Assembly: GCA_021807675.1 (NCBI GenBank)
Contig: JAKBCR010000005.1
Location: 2,919 to 66,918 of the forward strand
Length of the DNA: 64,000 nucleotides
DNA from: Pseudomonadota bacterium
Lineage (GTDB): Bacteria; Pseudomonadota; Gammaproteobacteria; Steroidobacterales; Steroidobacteraceae
Reading direction: 5' to 3'
A program made the translations under genes and the position numbers. The notes below the pieces were generated by a model. It made no database searches. It had not been told where the DNA came from and saw only the letters and a list, made by a program, of their open reading frames with translations. This document shows, in pieces, positions 19,219-28,353 of the stretch; the stretch's first letter is position 1; every line of letters begins with the position of its first letter.

Positions 19219-19779
19219 TCAGGTCTCTCGCGCGGGCCCGCCCGCGACGGCCATCCGCTTGCGCGCGGCGAGCAGGGCGTCACGCTCGTGCGCGCGGCGG
19301 ACGATGCGCTCGGTGTGAGCGAGGAAGCGCCGTCGGCTCGCCTGGCTCTCGGGGACCGGCGGCGCATCGGCAAGGGAAGCCCGCGGGACCATGGAGATGC
19401 AGTCCACCGGGCAGGGCGCGATGCACAGCTCGCACCCGGTGCACAGCGCGAGGAGCACGGTGTGCATCTGCTTGCGCGCGCCGACGATGGCATCGACCGG
19501 GCATGGGAGCAGACATTTGGCGCAGCCGATGCAGGTTGCTTCATCGACCTGCGCCACGAGCGGCGGACCCTCCACGCCATTCGACGGGTTCAGCGGGAGC
19601 GGCGCGCGCTGCAGCAGCGCCGCCAGGTTCGCGATCGTCGGGGAGCCGCCGGGCGGGCATTGGTTGATCTCGGCCTCGCGGCGGGAGATCGCCTCAGCAT
19701 AGGGCCGGCAGCCCTGATAGCCGCAGCGGGTGCATTGGGTCTGCGGCAGAAGCGCTTCGATTTCATCGGCGTCCACCAT
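19219..19779 (-). CDS. RnfB/RsxB-like Fe-S ferredoxin (stand-alone)
   Basis: [22 protein letters not shown] plus two CxxCxxCxxxCP motifs ([24 protein letters not shown]). ATG at 19779; an alternative TTG lies at 19788. Confidence 0.8.
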   Translation of the reverse strand: MVDADEIEALLPQTQCTRCGYQGCRPYAEAISRREAEINQCPPGGSPTIANLAALLQRAPLPLNPSNGVEGPPLVAQVDEATCIGCAKCLLPCPVDAIVGARKQMHTVLLALCTGCELCIAPCPVDCISMVPRASLADAPPVPESQASRRRFLAHTERIVRRAHERDALLAARKRMAVAGGPARET

Positions 19780-19784
19780 GAGGC

Positions 19785-21959
19785 TCAACTCACGCGCATG
19801 CCCGGAGTGGCTCCGCTGTCGGGCGAGAGCAGGTAGGGGCCACCCGATTCGTTGCTCGCGGCGAGCACCATGCCTTCGGAGATGCCGAACTTCATCTTGC
19901 GGGGCGCGAGGTTCGCCACCATGACCGTGAGACGGCCCGTGAGGGCCGCCGGATCGTATGCCGACTTGATGCCGGCGAACACCGTGCGGGTCGCGGTGCC
20001 GAGATCGAGCGTGAGCTTGAGGAGCTTGTCGGCTCCCGCCACGTGCTCCGCGGCAACGATGCGCGCCACGCGCAGGTCGAGCCGCTTGAATTCGTCGATG
20101 GAGAGCGTCACGGCCGAAGCGGTGGACTCGCCGGTTGCGGAGCCGGCCGCCGCGCCCGCGGCGCCGGATGCGCTCGATCCTGGGCCGCTCTTTGCGGCCG
20201 CCGGCTTTGCCCCGGACGATGCGCGGCCCGGCGCGTGCTCCGCGGCCGGTGTCGCCGCCGTGCCCGAAGCCGCCACGGGACCGGCCGTCTCGAACAGGGC
20301 ATCGAGCTGCTTCGGGTCGACCCGGGTCATCAGGTGTTGATATGAATTGACCCGTTGCGGCGGCTCGAGCGCATCCGGCCAGCGAAACGGCCGATCGAGC
20401 CCGAAGAGCTCCCGGGCGACCCGGCCCCCGACCTCGGGAAGCACGGGCGTGAGCAGCACGCTCAGGAGCTTGAAGCCATAGAGCGTGCGCGAGCAGATCT
20501 CCTGCAGCTCGGAGCGCCTCGCGGGATCTTTCGCGAGCACCCAGGGCTGGCGCGCGTCGAAATCCTGATTGATCCGGTCGGCGTGCGCCATGATCTCGCG
20601 CATCGCGCGGCCGAACTCACGTGCCGCGTAGCTCTCCCGGACCTGCTGGGCCAGATCGGCCGCCTGCCGCCGCAGCGCTTCCGTCCCGGCGCCGCAGTCC
20701 AAGGCGCCCTCGAAGTGCCGGGTGATGAAGTTGGCCGCGCGGCTCGCGATGTTGACGTATTTGCCGATGAGGTCGCTGTTGATCCGGGCGATGAAGTCGT
20801 CGGGATTGAAGTCGAGGTCCTCGACGTTGGCGTTGAGCTTGGCGGCGATGTAGTAGCGCAGCCATTCGGGATTCATGCCGATATCGAGATAGCGCAGCGG
20901 GCTGATTCCCGTGCCGCGCGATTTCGACATCTTCTCGCCGGATACGGTGATGAAGCCGTGCACGTACACATTGTCGGGAACCTTGTAGGGCGGGCCCGCG
21001 AACTTCAGCATCGCCGGCCAGAAGAGCGTGTGGAAGTAGATGATGTCCTTGCCGATGAAGTGGATCTGTCTCGTGTCGGGCGCGCCCAGGAATTCCTCGA
21101 AGCTGCGCGGCTCGCCGTTCTCCTTGGCCTTGCCGCTTGCGAAGTAGCTCTGGAGGGAGGCGAGGTAGCCGATCGGCGCATCGAGCCACACGTAGAAATA
21201 CTTGCCCGGAGCATCCGGGATCGGAATGCCGAAGTAGGGCGCATCCCGCGAGATGTCCCAGTCGCCGAGCGCCTGCTCGCCCTTGCCCGAGAGCCATTCC
21301 CGCGCCTTGTTGGCGACCTGCGGCTGCAGCCTTCCCGGTGCGCCGGTCCACGCGTTCAGGAAGTCTACGCACCTCGGGTCGGAGAGCCTGAAGAAGAGGT
21401 GATCCGATGTGCTCAGCACCGGCTTGGCGCCGGTGAGCACCGAGTAGGGCTCGATCAGGTCGGTCGGCGCGTACACGGAGCTGCAGACTTCGCAAGCGTC
21501 CCCGTACTGGTCCTTGGAATGGCAGTTGGGGCATTCGCCCTTGATGTACCGGTCGGCGAGGAACATGCCTTTGACCGGGTCGTAGAACTGCTCGACGGGC
21601 TTCGAATAGACGAGCCCGGCCGCTTTGAGCCGGCGGTAGATGTCCTGGGAGAGCGCGACGTTCTCGGGCGAGTCGGTCGAGTGCCAGTGATCGAAACCGA
21701 TGTGGAATCCCCGAAGATACTTCGGCCGCCCCGCGGCGATCCGCGCCACGAGCTCCTGCGGGGTGATCCTCTCCGCCTCCGCCTTGAGCATGATGGGCGC
21801 GCCGTGCGCATCGTCCGCCCCCACGAAATGCACCTGATGTCCCAGCATGCGCTGGAATCGCACCCAGATATCCGCCTGGATGTACTCCATGATGTGCCCG
21901 ATATGGAATGGGCCATTGGCGTAGGGAAGCGCCGTGGTGACGAAGAATTTCTCGGCCAT
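19785..21959 (-). CDS. metG: Methionyl-tRNA synthetase with a C-terminal tRNA-binding domain
   Basis: HIGH motif [11 protein letters not shown] and KMSKS motif KMSKSRGT. A low-complexity Ala/Gly/Ser linker precedes the C-terminal domain. Confidence 0.95.
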   Translation of the reverse strand: MAEKFFVTTALPYANGPFHIGHIMEYIQADIWVRFQRMLGHQVHFVGADDAHGAPIMLKAEAERITPQELVARIAAGRPKYLRGFHIGFDHWHSTDSPENVALSQDIYRRLKAAGLVYSKPVEQFYDPVKGMFLADRYIKGECPNCHSKDQYGDACEVCSSVYAPTDLIEPYSVLTGAKPVLSTSDHLFFRLSDPRCVDFLNAWTGAPGRLQPQVANKAREWLSGKGEQALGDWDISRDAPYFGIPIPDAPGKYFYVWLDAPIGYLASLQSYFASGKAKENGEPRSFEEFLGAPDTRQIHFIGKDIIYFHTLFWPAMLKFAGPPYKVPDNVYVHGFITVSGEKMSKSRGTGISPLRYLDIGMNPEWLRYYIAAKLNANVEDLDFNPDDFIARINSDLIGKYVNIASRAANFITRHFEGALDCGAGTEALRRQAADLAQQVRESYAAREFGRAMREIMAHADRINQDFDARQPWVLAKDPARRSELQEICSRTLYGFKLLSVLLTPVLPEVGGRVARELFGLDRPFRWPDALEPPQRVNSYQHLMTRVDPKQLDALFETAGPVAASGTAATPAAEHAPGRASSGAKPAAAKSGPGSSASGAAGAAAGSATGESTASAVTLSIDEFKRLDLRVARIVAAEHVAGADKLLKLTLDLGTATRTVFAGIKSAYDPAALTGRLTVMVANLAPRKMKFGISEGMVLAASNESGGPYLLSPDSGATPGMRVS

Positions 21960-22074
21960 TGCGGCAGTTTACAGGAGCGCACAGGCGGGGGCAGCCCGCC
22001 GCGCGGCGAGCCTCGTCATCGTGACGCGCTCGGCGCATCTCGGCGCGGCAGCGCTTGCCGGAGCAATTCGGGCC

Positions 22075-23136
22075 TCAGCCGGTGTCCTTCAGCAGCTCGA
22101 ACTTCGCCTTGTTGATGGCTTTCTTGTAAGCCTCTTTGCCGGTGATCATCCGCTGATCGAGAAGCTGTTGGATGGCGGTGTCCATGGTGCGCATCCCGAA
22201 CTGGCCGCCGGCCTGCATGGTGTTCTCGAGCTGGTCGAGCTTGCCCTGGCGGATGAGGTTCGCGGCGGCGGGCGTGTTGATCAGGATCTCGAGCGCCGCC
22301 ACCCGGCCCTGCTTGTCGGCCCGCTGCAGCAGCTGCTGGGAGATGACGCCGCGCAGGGAGGTGGAGAGCATGGTGCGCACGTGCGACTGCTTGTCGGACG
22401 GGAAGACGTTGACCATCCGGTCCACGGTCTGCGCCGCACCGTTGGTGTGCAGCGTGCCCATGACGAGAATTCCCATTTCCGCCGCGGTGACCGCGATGCT
22501 CATCGTCTCGAGGTCGCGAAGCTCACCGACCAGGATGACGTCAGGGTCCTCGCGCAGGGCGGAGTGCAGGGCGGCTGCGAAGCTCGGGGCGTGCACGCCG
22601 ATCTCGCGCTGGCTGATGAGGCAGCTCTTGCGCTGGTGCACGAACTCGATCGGATCCTCGACGGTGAGAATGTGCCCCTTCACCCGCAGGTTGATGTCAT
22701 CCACCATCGCGGCGAGGGTGGTCGACTTGCCGGAGCCTGTCTTGCCGGTGACGAGGATCAGCCCATTGTTCGCGCGGCAGAGCTGACGCACGGCCTCGGG
22801 GAGCTTCAGCTCATCGAAGGTTAGCGCCTTGGAGGGGATGGCGCGGAAGACCGCTCCCATTCCGTTCAACTGGCGCATGACGTTCACCCGGAAGCGTCCC
22901 CGCTCCGGGATCGTGTACGCGAAGTCCGCGCCATCCTTCGACTCGAAGCGATCCAGCGCGGTTTTCGGCATGATCTCGTACAGCGCGTCCTTGACCAGAT
23001 CCTGCGCCAGATTCTCCGGTCTGAGCGCCGTGAGATCGCCGTACAGCCGGATCCGCGGCGGATCGCCCGCGATGAAGTGCAGGTCCGAGCCGCGTTTCTC
23101 GAGCACCTCGAGCAGGAAGGTATCGATCGTCGCCAC
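22075..23136 (-). CDS. PilT-family hexameric ATPase (type IV pilus retraction ATPase paralog)
   Basis: Walker A GKTGSGKST, Walker B/Asp box DPDVILVGELRD, His box GILVMGTLHT. The PilT AIRNLIRE motif is degenerate (AAANLIRQ). GTG start. Confidence 0.85.
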   Translation of the reverse strand: MATIDTFLLEVLEKRGSDLHFIAGDPPRIRLYGDLTALRPENLAQDLVKDALYEIMPKTALDRFESKDGADFAYTIPERGRFRVNVMRQLNGMGAVFRAIPSKALTFDELKLPEAVRQLCRANNGLILVTGKTGSGKSTTLAAMVDDINLRVKGHILTVEDPIEFVHQRKSCLISQREIGVHAPSFAAALHSALREDPDVILVGELRDLETMSIAVTAAEMGILVMGTLHTNGAAQTVDRMVNVFPSDKQSHVRTMLSTSLRGVISQQLLQRADKQGRVAALEILINTPAAANLIRQGKLDQLENTMQAGGQFGMRTMDTAIQQLLDQRMITGKEAYKKAINKAKFELLKDTG

Positions 23137-23153
23137 GTCCGCCGCTCCGAGTC

Positions 23154-24281
23154 TCAGGCGGCGGAGGCCGGCGGCGCGGCGGCCGTATCGACTTTGGGCA
23201 GCATGCTGGTGTCGGTCACGTACTTCTGGAAGGGACGCTTGTCGATCGCGTAGGAATAGGCATCGTCGGGGTCGATCTCACGGGCGGCGATCGCCGCGAG
23301 CAGCGCCTGGTCGAGCAGCTGCATTCCGAGATCGCGGCCCATCTGCAGCTGGCTCGGGATCTGGTGGGTCTGCTCCGTCTGGATGAGCTTTGCAATGGCC
23401 TTGGTCATCATCAGGATCTCGCAGACGGCCCTGCGTCCGCGCGCGTCCGGCGTCTTCACCAGCACCTGGGTGACTACGGCAAGCAGACTTTGCGCGAGGA
23501 AACTCTTGGTCTGTTCCCGCTCTTCGATCGGCAGCGCATCGATGACGCGGTCGATCGTCTTGACCGCGCTCGTGGTGTGGAGAGTCCCGAGCACGAGATG
23601 GCCGGTCTCCGCTGCTGTCATGGCCATCGAGATGGTCTCGGCATCGCGCAGCTCACCGACCAGGATGACATCCGGGTCCTCACGCATGGCGGCGCGTACG
23701 CCTTCGGCGAAGCTCGGAATGTGCGTTCCGAGCTCTCGCTGGATCACCTGACTGTTCTTGCTGCGGTGAACGAACTCGATCGGGTCCTCGAGGCTGATGA
23801 TGTTGAGCTTTCGCGTCTCATTGAGGTGATTGATCATCGCCGCCAGCGTCGTGGACTTGCCGGTGCCGGTCGAGCCGGTGACGAGGATCATGCCCTGGTG
23901 GAAATCGCAGAGCCTCGTGATGGCGGCGGGCAGCCCCATCTTGTCCAGCGAGGGCACCTGGGAGGGAATTGCGCGAAAGGTGGCGCCGATGCCGGTGTCC
24001 TTGCGGAAGACATTCACGCGGAAGCGACCGCCGTCCACGGACACGTACGAGAAATCGAGATCCTGGCCTTTGGCGAAGTGCTCGGTCTGAGAGCGGCTCA
24101 TGATCTCCGCGATGTACCCCTCGAGTTCCGTGGCGCGCAGCTCGCGGAATTTGATCGGCAGGAGGTCCCCCTGCATGCGCAGCATCGGTGGCACCCCGAC
24201 GGCTAGATGCACGTCAGAGCAACCCTGCTGCGCTCCCAGCTTCAGAAACGCGTCTATACGCGCCAACGGAGGTCTCCTCAT
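23154..24281 (-). CDS. PilT/PilU-family ATPase paralog
   Basis: GSTGTGKST, DPDVILVGELRD, GHLVLGTLHT. The AIRNLIRE-equivalent reads AIAKLIQT. A TTG at 24266 preceded by AGGAG may be the true start. Confidence 0.85.
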   Translation of the reverse strand: MRRPPLARIDAFLKLGAQQGCSDVHLAVGVPPMLRMQGDLLPIKFRELRATELEGYIAEIMSRSQTEHFAKGQDLDFSYVSVDGGRFRVNVFRKDTGIGATFRAIPSQVPSLDKMGLPAAITRLCDFHQGMILVTGSTGTGKSTTLAAMINHLNETRKLNIISLEDPIEFVHRSKNSQVIQRELGTHIPSFAEGVRAAMREDPDVILVGELRDAETISMAMTAAETGHLVLGTLHTTSAVKTIDRVIDALPIEEREQTKSFLAQSLLAVVTQVLVKTPDARGRRAVCEILMMTKAIAKLIQTEQTHQIPSQLQMGRDLGMQLLDQALLAAIAAREIDPDDAYSYAIDKRPFQKYVTDTSMLPKVDTAAAPPASAA

Positions 24282-24496
24282 TCGACGTCATCGGCAGAAA
24301 GCGCAGCCTTGCGGGCTTGCGAACTGGCCGCCGACCCTGGCCCGGCGTTTCTTTTGCCTCCTTATGTCGTCAAAATCAATGGCTTGTCCGCAAAAACTTG
24401 ACGTAACGCACGTCTTCGCACGGCTGCGAGCCAGGAGGCATGGGAACTGGGGGGCGCTGGGCCCCTGAAGCGGTATGAGCTCCCGTGCCAGGCACA

Positions 24497-24506
24497 GGGG
24501 GGGGGG
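24497..24506. repeat. G10 homopolymer tract (C10 on the coding strand of the flanking genes)
   Basis: Counted directly in cacaGGGGGGGGGGccgc. It is intergenic, 19 nt downstream of the kinase stop and about 216 nt upstream of the PilT-paralog ATG. It sits inside a partial copy of the 35733/55976 repeat (ggcacagg...gccgccgca). Confidence 0.9.
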
Positions 24507-24524
24507 CCGCCGCCGCACGCACCC

Positions 24525-26918
24525 CTACAGGTACTTCTCCACGGCCCCGCGCAGCTCGTCCATGCTCTGGAAGCGCTTGGCCTTGTCGACCGCCATGGCC
24601 TTCATGACGAGCTCCGAGAGCCCCGGAGGCAATGCGGGATTCACTTCCTGCGCCGGGCGCGCCTTGCCCTGTACGTGTTGGTACATGACCGACATGTGAT
24701 CGCCGCGGGAGTAGGGCGGAACGCCCGTAACCATCTCGTAGAGGATCACCCCGACGGCGTAGATGTCGGCACGCTCGTCCACCTTCTTGCCGAGGATCTG
24801 CTCGGGCGCCATGTATTTCGGCGAGCCGATCACATACCCGGTCTTCGTCAGCTGGGTATCACCTTCGCGCTGGGCCGCGGCGACGCCGAAATCCACGATC
24901 TTTAGCAGCCCCTCCTGGTTGATGAGCACGTTGGCGGGCTTCAGATCGCGGTGGACGATGCCGACCTGGTGCGCGACCGTCATGCCGGTGCAGATGTCGC
25001 TGCCGAATTGCAGCGCGCGCTTGAGCTCGAGCGGCTTGTCGCCGACGATCTCGCTCCCCAGGGTGTGCGAGGGGAAGTACTCCATCGAGATGGCGTAATT
25101 GCCCTGGATATAGAGAAAGTCGTAGATGCGGATGACGTTCTTGTGCGTGATCTTGCGCGAGTAGCGCAGCTCGTGGACGAAGCGCTTCATGACTTCCTCG
25201 TCCGTCGAGACGTTGGGATTCAGGAACTTCAGGATGAGCCGCTCGTCGACGACCGTATCCTCCATCAGCAGCACGGTGCCGAACGCTCCGCGGCCGATAC
25301 GGTCGATGTACTTGTAGCGTCCCTCGAGGATGTCGCCGGGCTTGAGCATCTGAATGTCGAGCCGCGGCGGCCCCTCGGCGATTCGCGATTGGGAGGCCGC
25401 TTCGACCACCGCGGTGCGCGCCGCCTCCAGGGGCGCGGTCGGCTGCGCCGGGCGTATCGGTGATGGCGCCGGAAGCGGCGTGCCGCCCGCCACGCGATGC
25501 TCCAGCTCGGCGAGCGCCGCGGCGGCGACCCGGGAGATCGTCTGGTCGGGGGAAGCCGCCTGGGTCTGCAACTCGGTCCGCAGCTGCTCGGCCCGCCGCT
25601 CGTCGACCAGCTTCGCGAGCGCCTGCATCGCCTCGATCCGCAGCTCCCGCTCAGGCCTCGCCATGAAGGGCAACAGGGCATCGACCAGCCTCGCGTCGCC
25701 GAGCTTCCCCAAGGCCCGAACGACGATGGGGGTTGCCTTGGAGGGTGCCCCCTTCAGCATCTCGGCCAGACGCGGCACGGCGCGCTTGCTGCCGATCTCT
25801 GCCAGCGCATCCACGGCGCGCTCGCTCACCCACCAGTCCGGGTCGCGTGTGGCCTGGATGAGCGAGTCGACTGCCCGCTCGTCCTTCGTCTGGTTGAGGA
25901 TCTCGATGGCGGCGCGGCGGATGTCCTCGTCCTTGTCACGGACGAGCTCGAGCACCGCCTCGATCACCCGCGGGCCACCGATCTTGCCGAGCGCGTCGGC
26001 GGCGCGGCTGCGCACCCACCAGTCGCTGTCTTTCAGCGCCTCGAGCAGGTGCTTCACCGACTTCGCATTGCCGACCTCGTTCAGCACCTCGACCGCGGCA
26101 CGGCGCGCATTCTCGTTCTCGTCCTTCAGGATCTCGATCAGGTAGCGGATGGTGTCGGGATCGTTCGCCTTGATGACGACGTCGATTGCCCTGTTCTGCA
26201 CATCGATCTCGGGATCCCTGAGCAGCGCACAGACCCGCTCGATGTCGAACTTGCCGTCCATTCTCTGCAGTGCCGACAGCGTTGCGCCGCGAATCAGCTT
26301 GTTCGGATCCTTCAGCAGACCCTGCAACGCCGTCTGCACTTCCGGGGTGTTGAAGCGGGCCAGGATGTTGATGATGTGAACACGCGCTATCGGGTCCTTG
26401 CCCTGCACCCGGCCGATGAGCTCCGGTACGGCATTGGCATCGGCGATCTCACCGATGATTCGAAAGAGCGCCGCTTTCTCGTTCGGCTCCTGCGTGTAGG
26501 CGGCATTGAGAAGCTCCCGGATGCCGTAGCGCGCTTTCTGGGCGGCGATCACCTCGAGCAGGGCGGATTTGGAGATGCCCGGGGTCGCGAGCGCCTCGAT
26601 CAGCAGATTCGGCGGATAGTTGCGGCTGCTGGTGAGCGCCCAGGCGATGCCTGACACCACCCGGGGGCTGCCTTCCACCAGACCCCGCACGAACATCGGG
26701 AAGGACTTCGGGCTCACCAGACCGGCGAGCGCGTCGACGAAGGCGAGGGTCGCGTTCTTGTCGGCATCCGGCAATGCCGCGAATATGGAATCGATCGCGC
26801 CGGGGCCCAGATCCTTCAGGCGCGCGACGGCCTTCTGCGTCTGCGGGCTCGCCGGATCGGTGCAGGTCCTGATCTCGGTGATCAGCCGGTCGGCACGCAA
26901 ATTGGTGAAGAAGCTCAT
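24525..26918 (-). CDS. Cytoplasmic HEAT-repeat protein with a C-terminal Hanks-type Ser/Thr protein kinase domain
   Basis: About 470 aa of HEAT/PBS-lyase-like repeats (for example DSDWWVRSRAADALGKIGGPRVIEAVLELV, DPDWWVSERAVDALAEIGSKRAVPRL). Kinase motifs GRGAFGTV, LILKF, HRDLKPANVLI, DFGVA, YMAPEQ. No TM segment seen. Confidence 0.88.
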   Translation of the reverse strand: MSFFTNLRADRLITEIRTCTDPASPQTQKAVARLKDLGPGAIDSIFAALPDADKNATLAFVDALAGLVSPKSFPMFVRGLVEGSPRVVSGIAWALTSSRNYPPNLLIEALATPGISKSALLEVIAAQKARYGIRELLNAAYTQEPNEKAALFRIIGEIADANAVPELIGRVQGKDPIARVHIINILARFNTPEVQTALQGLLKDPNKLIRGATLSALQRMDGKFDIERVCALLRDPEIDVQNRAIDVVIKANDPDTIRYLIEILKDENENARRAAVEVLNEVGNAKSVKHLLEALKDSDWWVRSRAADALGKIGGPRVIEAVLELVRDKDEDIRRAAIEILNQTKDERAVDSLIQATRDPDWWVSERAVDALAEIGSKRAVPRLAEMLKGAPSKATPIVVRALGKLGDARLVDALLPFMARPERELRIEAMQALAKLVDERRAEQLRTELQTQAASPDQTISRVAAAALAELEHRVAGGTPLPAPSPIRPAQPTAPLEAARTAVVEAASQSRIAEGPPRLDIQMLKPGDILEGRYKYIDRIGRGAFGTVLLMEDTVVDERLILKFLNPNVSTDEEVMKRFVHELRYSRKITHKNVIRIYDFLYIQGNYAISMEYFPSHTLGSEIVGDKPLELKRALQFGSDICTGMTVAHQVGIVHRDLKPANVLINQEGLLKIVDFGVAAAQREGDTQLTKTGYVIGSPKYMAPEQILGKKVDERADIYAVGVILYEMVTGVPPYSRGDHMSVMYQHVQGKARPAQEVNPALPPGLSELVMKAMAVDKAKRFQSMDELRGAVEKYL

Positions 26919-27231
26919 TCAGCCTTTCCGGAAAGCCACTCCCGCACGACTCCCTCGCGCAAGTGTTCCGCGGCGCTGATACGTCTCGACGTCAGTGCCA
27001 GGCGCAGACCCACCCTTACCTGCCGGGCTGCGCCTCGCGCACCCGGCCGGAACGCAGCGAAATTATGCCATAGCCCCGGATGCGGCACGACGCGGCCGCC
27101 GGGGCCCTCGGTGCGAGCGGTATCCCGGTCGCGGGCGCCAGGAGCAAGCGATATCCGCTCTCACGAGTGCGAGTTCTCGCCGAATCGCTCTACAATCTCC
27201 CTTTCCATCCGCCCATCGCAGCGACTTTCCC

Positions 27232-28329
27232 ATGGCCGACGATTCCACTCTGAACGCCGTCAGGGCCGCCCTCAAGGCCTACGTTGACCCTTATTTGAAG
27301 GAGACCCTTGGGGAAGCGGGTGCGCTACGGGATCTGATCGCGCAGGGTGGCGGCTACCAGGCGCGGATTGCGCTCGGCTATCCGGTGGGCGGCTACCGCG
27401 AGGAGCTCGTGGCGGCGCTCGAGGCCCATCTTGCGGCGGCGGGACTCAACCTGCCACTCACCATCGAGCTCGAGGCGGATATCCGCCCGCACGCGGTGCA
27501 GCGCAATCTCAAGCCGCTCGGGGAGATCAAGAATATCGTCGCAGTCGCCTCGGGCAAGGGCGGTGTGGGCAAGTCGACGGTCGCGGCGAACCTGGCGCTG
27601 GCCTGGGCTGCGCAGGGCGCACGCGTGGGGATGCTCGATGCGGATATTTACGGACCCAGCCAGCCGCTCATGCTGGGCCTGGAGGGTCGGCGACCGAGCT
27701 CTCCCGACGGCAAGCACCTGAAGCCGCTCGAGAGCTACGGGGTCTCGGCGATGTCGATCGGCTTCCTGGTGGATGCGGAGCAGCCGATGGTCTGGCGTGG
27801 CCCCATGGTCACTCAGGCCCTCACGCAGCTGCTCTCGGAGACGCACTGGGGCACACTCGACTACCTCGTCGTCGATATGCCTCCGGGCACGGGAGACATC
27901 CAGCTCACACTGGCGCAGCGTGTGCCGGTGGCCGGTGCCGTGATCGTCACGACCCCTCAGGACATTGCGCTTGCGGATGCCCGCAAGGGGCTGAAGATGT
28001 TCGAGAAGGTCTCCGTCCCGGTTCTCGGCATCGTCGAGAACATGAGCGTGCACATCTGCTCCCAATGCGGCCATGCGGAGCACATTTTCGGCGCGGGCGG
28101 TGGCGCTCGGATGGCCGAGCAGTACGGCGTGAAGTTCCTCGGCGAGCTGCCTCTGGACGTCCACATCAGGGAGGAAGCGGACGGCGGGAGACCGACAGTG
28201 GTTGCCGCTCCGCATTCTTCCCGTGCCCGGGCGTATTTGGAAATGGCCCGCCGGACGGCGGGCGCCCTCTCGATCCGCGCCCGCGATCGCAGCAGTGTCT
28301 TCCCGAAGATCGTCATAGAAGAAAGCTGA
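27232..28329 (+). CDS. apbC: Fe-S cluster carrier ATPase (Mrp/ApbC/NBP35 family)
   Basis: VASGKGGVGKSTVAANLA, DADIYGPS, CSQCGH. Start MADDST at 27232. Confidence 0.92.
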   Translation: MADDSTLNAVRAALKAYVDPYLKETLGEAGALRDLIAQGGGYQARIALGYPVGGYREELVAALEAHLAAAGLNLPLTIELEADIRPHAVQRNLKPLGEIKNIVAVASGKGGVGKSTVAANLALAWAAQGARVGMLDADIYGPSQPLMLGLEGRRPSSPDGKHLKPLESYGVSAMSIGFLVDAEQPMVWRGPMVTQALTQLLSETHWGTLDYLVVDMPPGTGDIQLTLAQRVPVAGAVIVTTPQDIALADARKGLKMFEKVSVPVLGIVENMSVHICSQCGHAEHIFGAGGGARMAEQYGVKFLGELPLDVHIREEADGGRPTVVAAPHSSRARAYLEMARRTAGALSIRARDRSSVFPKIVIEES

Positions 28330-28353
28330 TCGTCCTGACGGGACGGAGAGCGG

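Noticed and set aside
24474-24490. Possible sigma-54 promoter TGGCACGGGAGCTCATA (minus strand) upstream of the PilT paralog
   Set aside because: The -24 GG element is present, but the -12 position reads CTCA rather than TTGC/TGC. It is also part of the repeat-derived hairpin.
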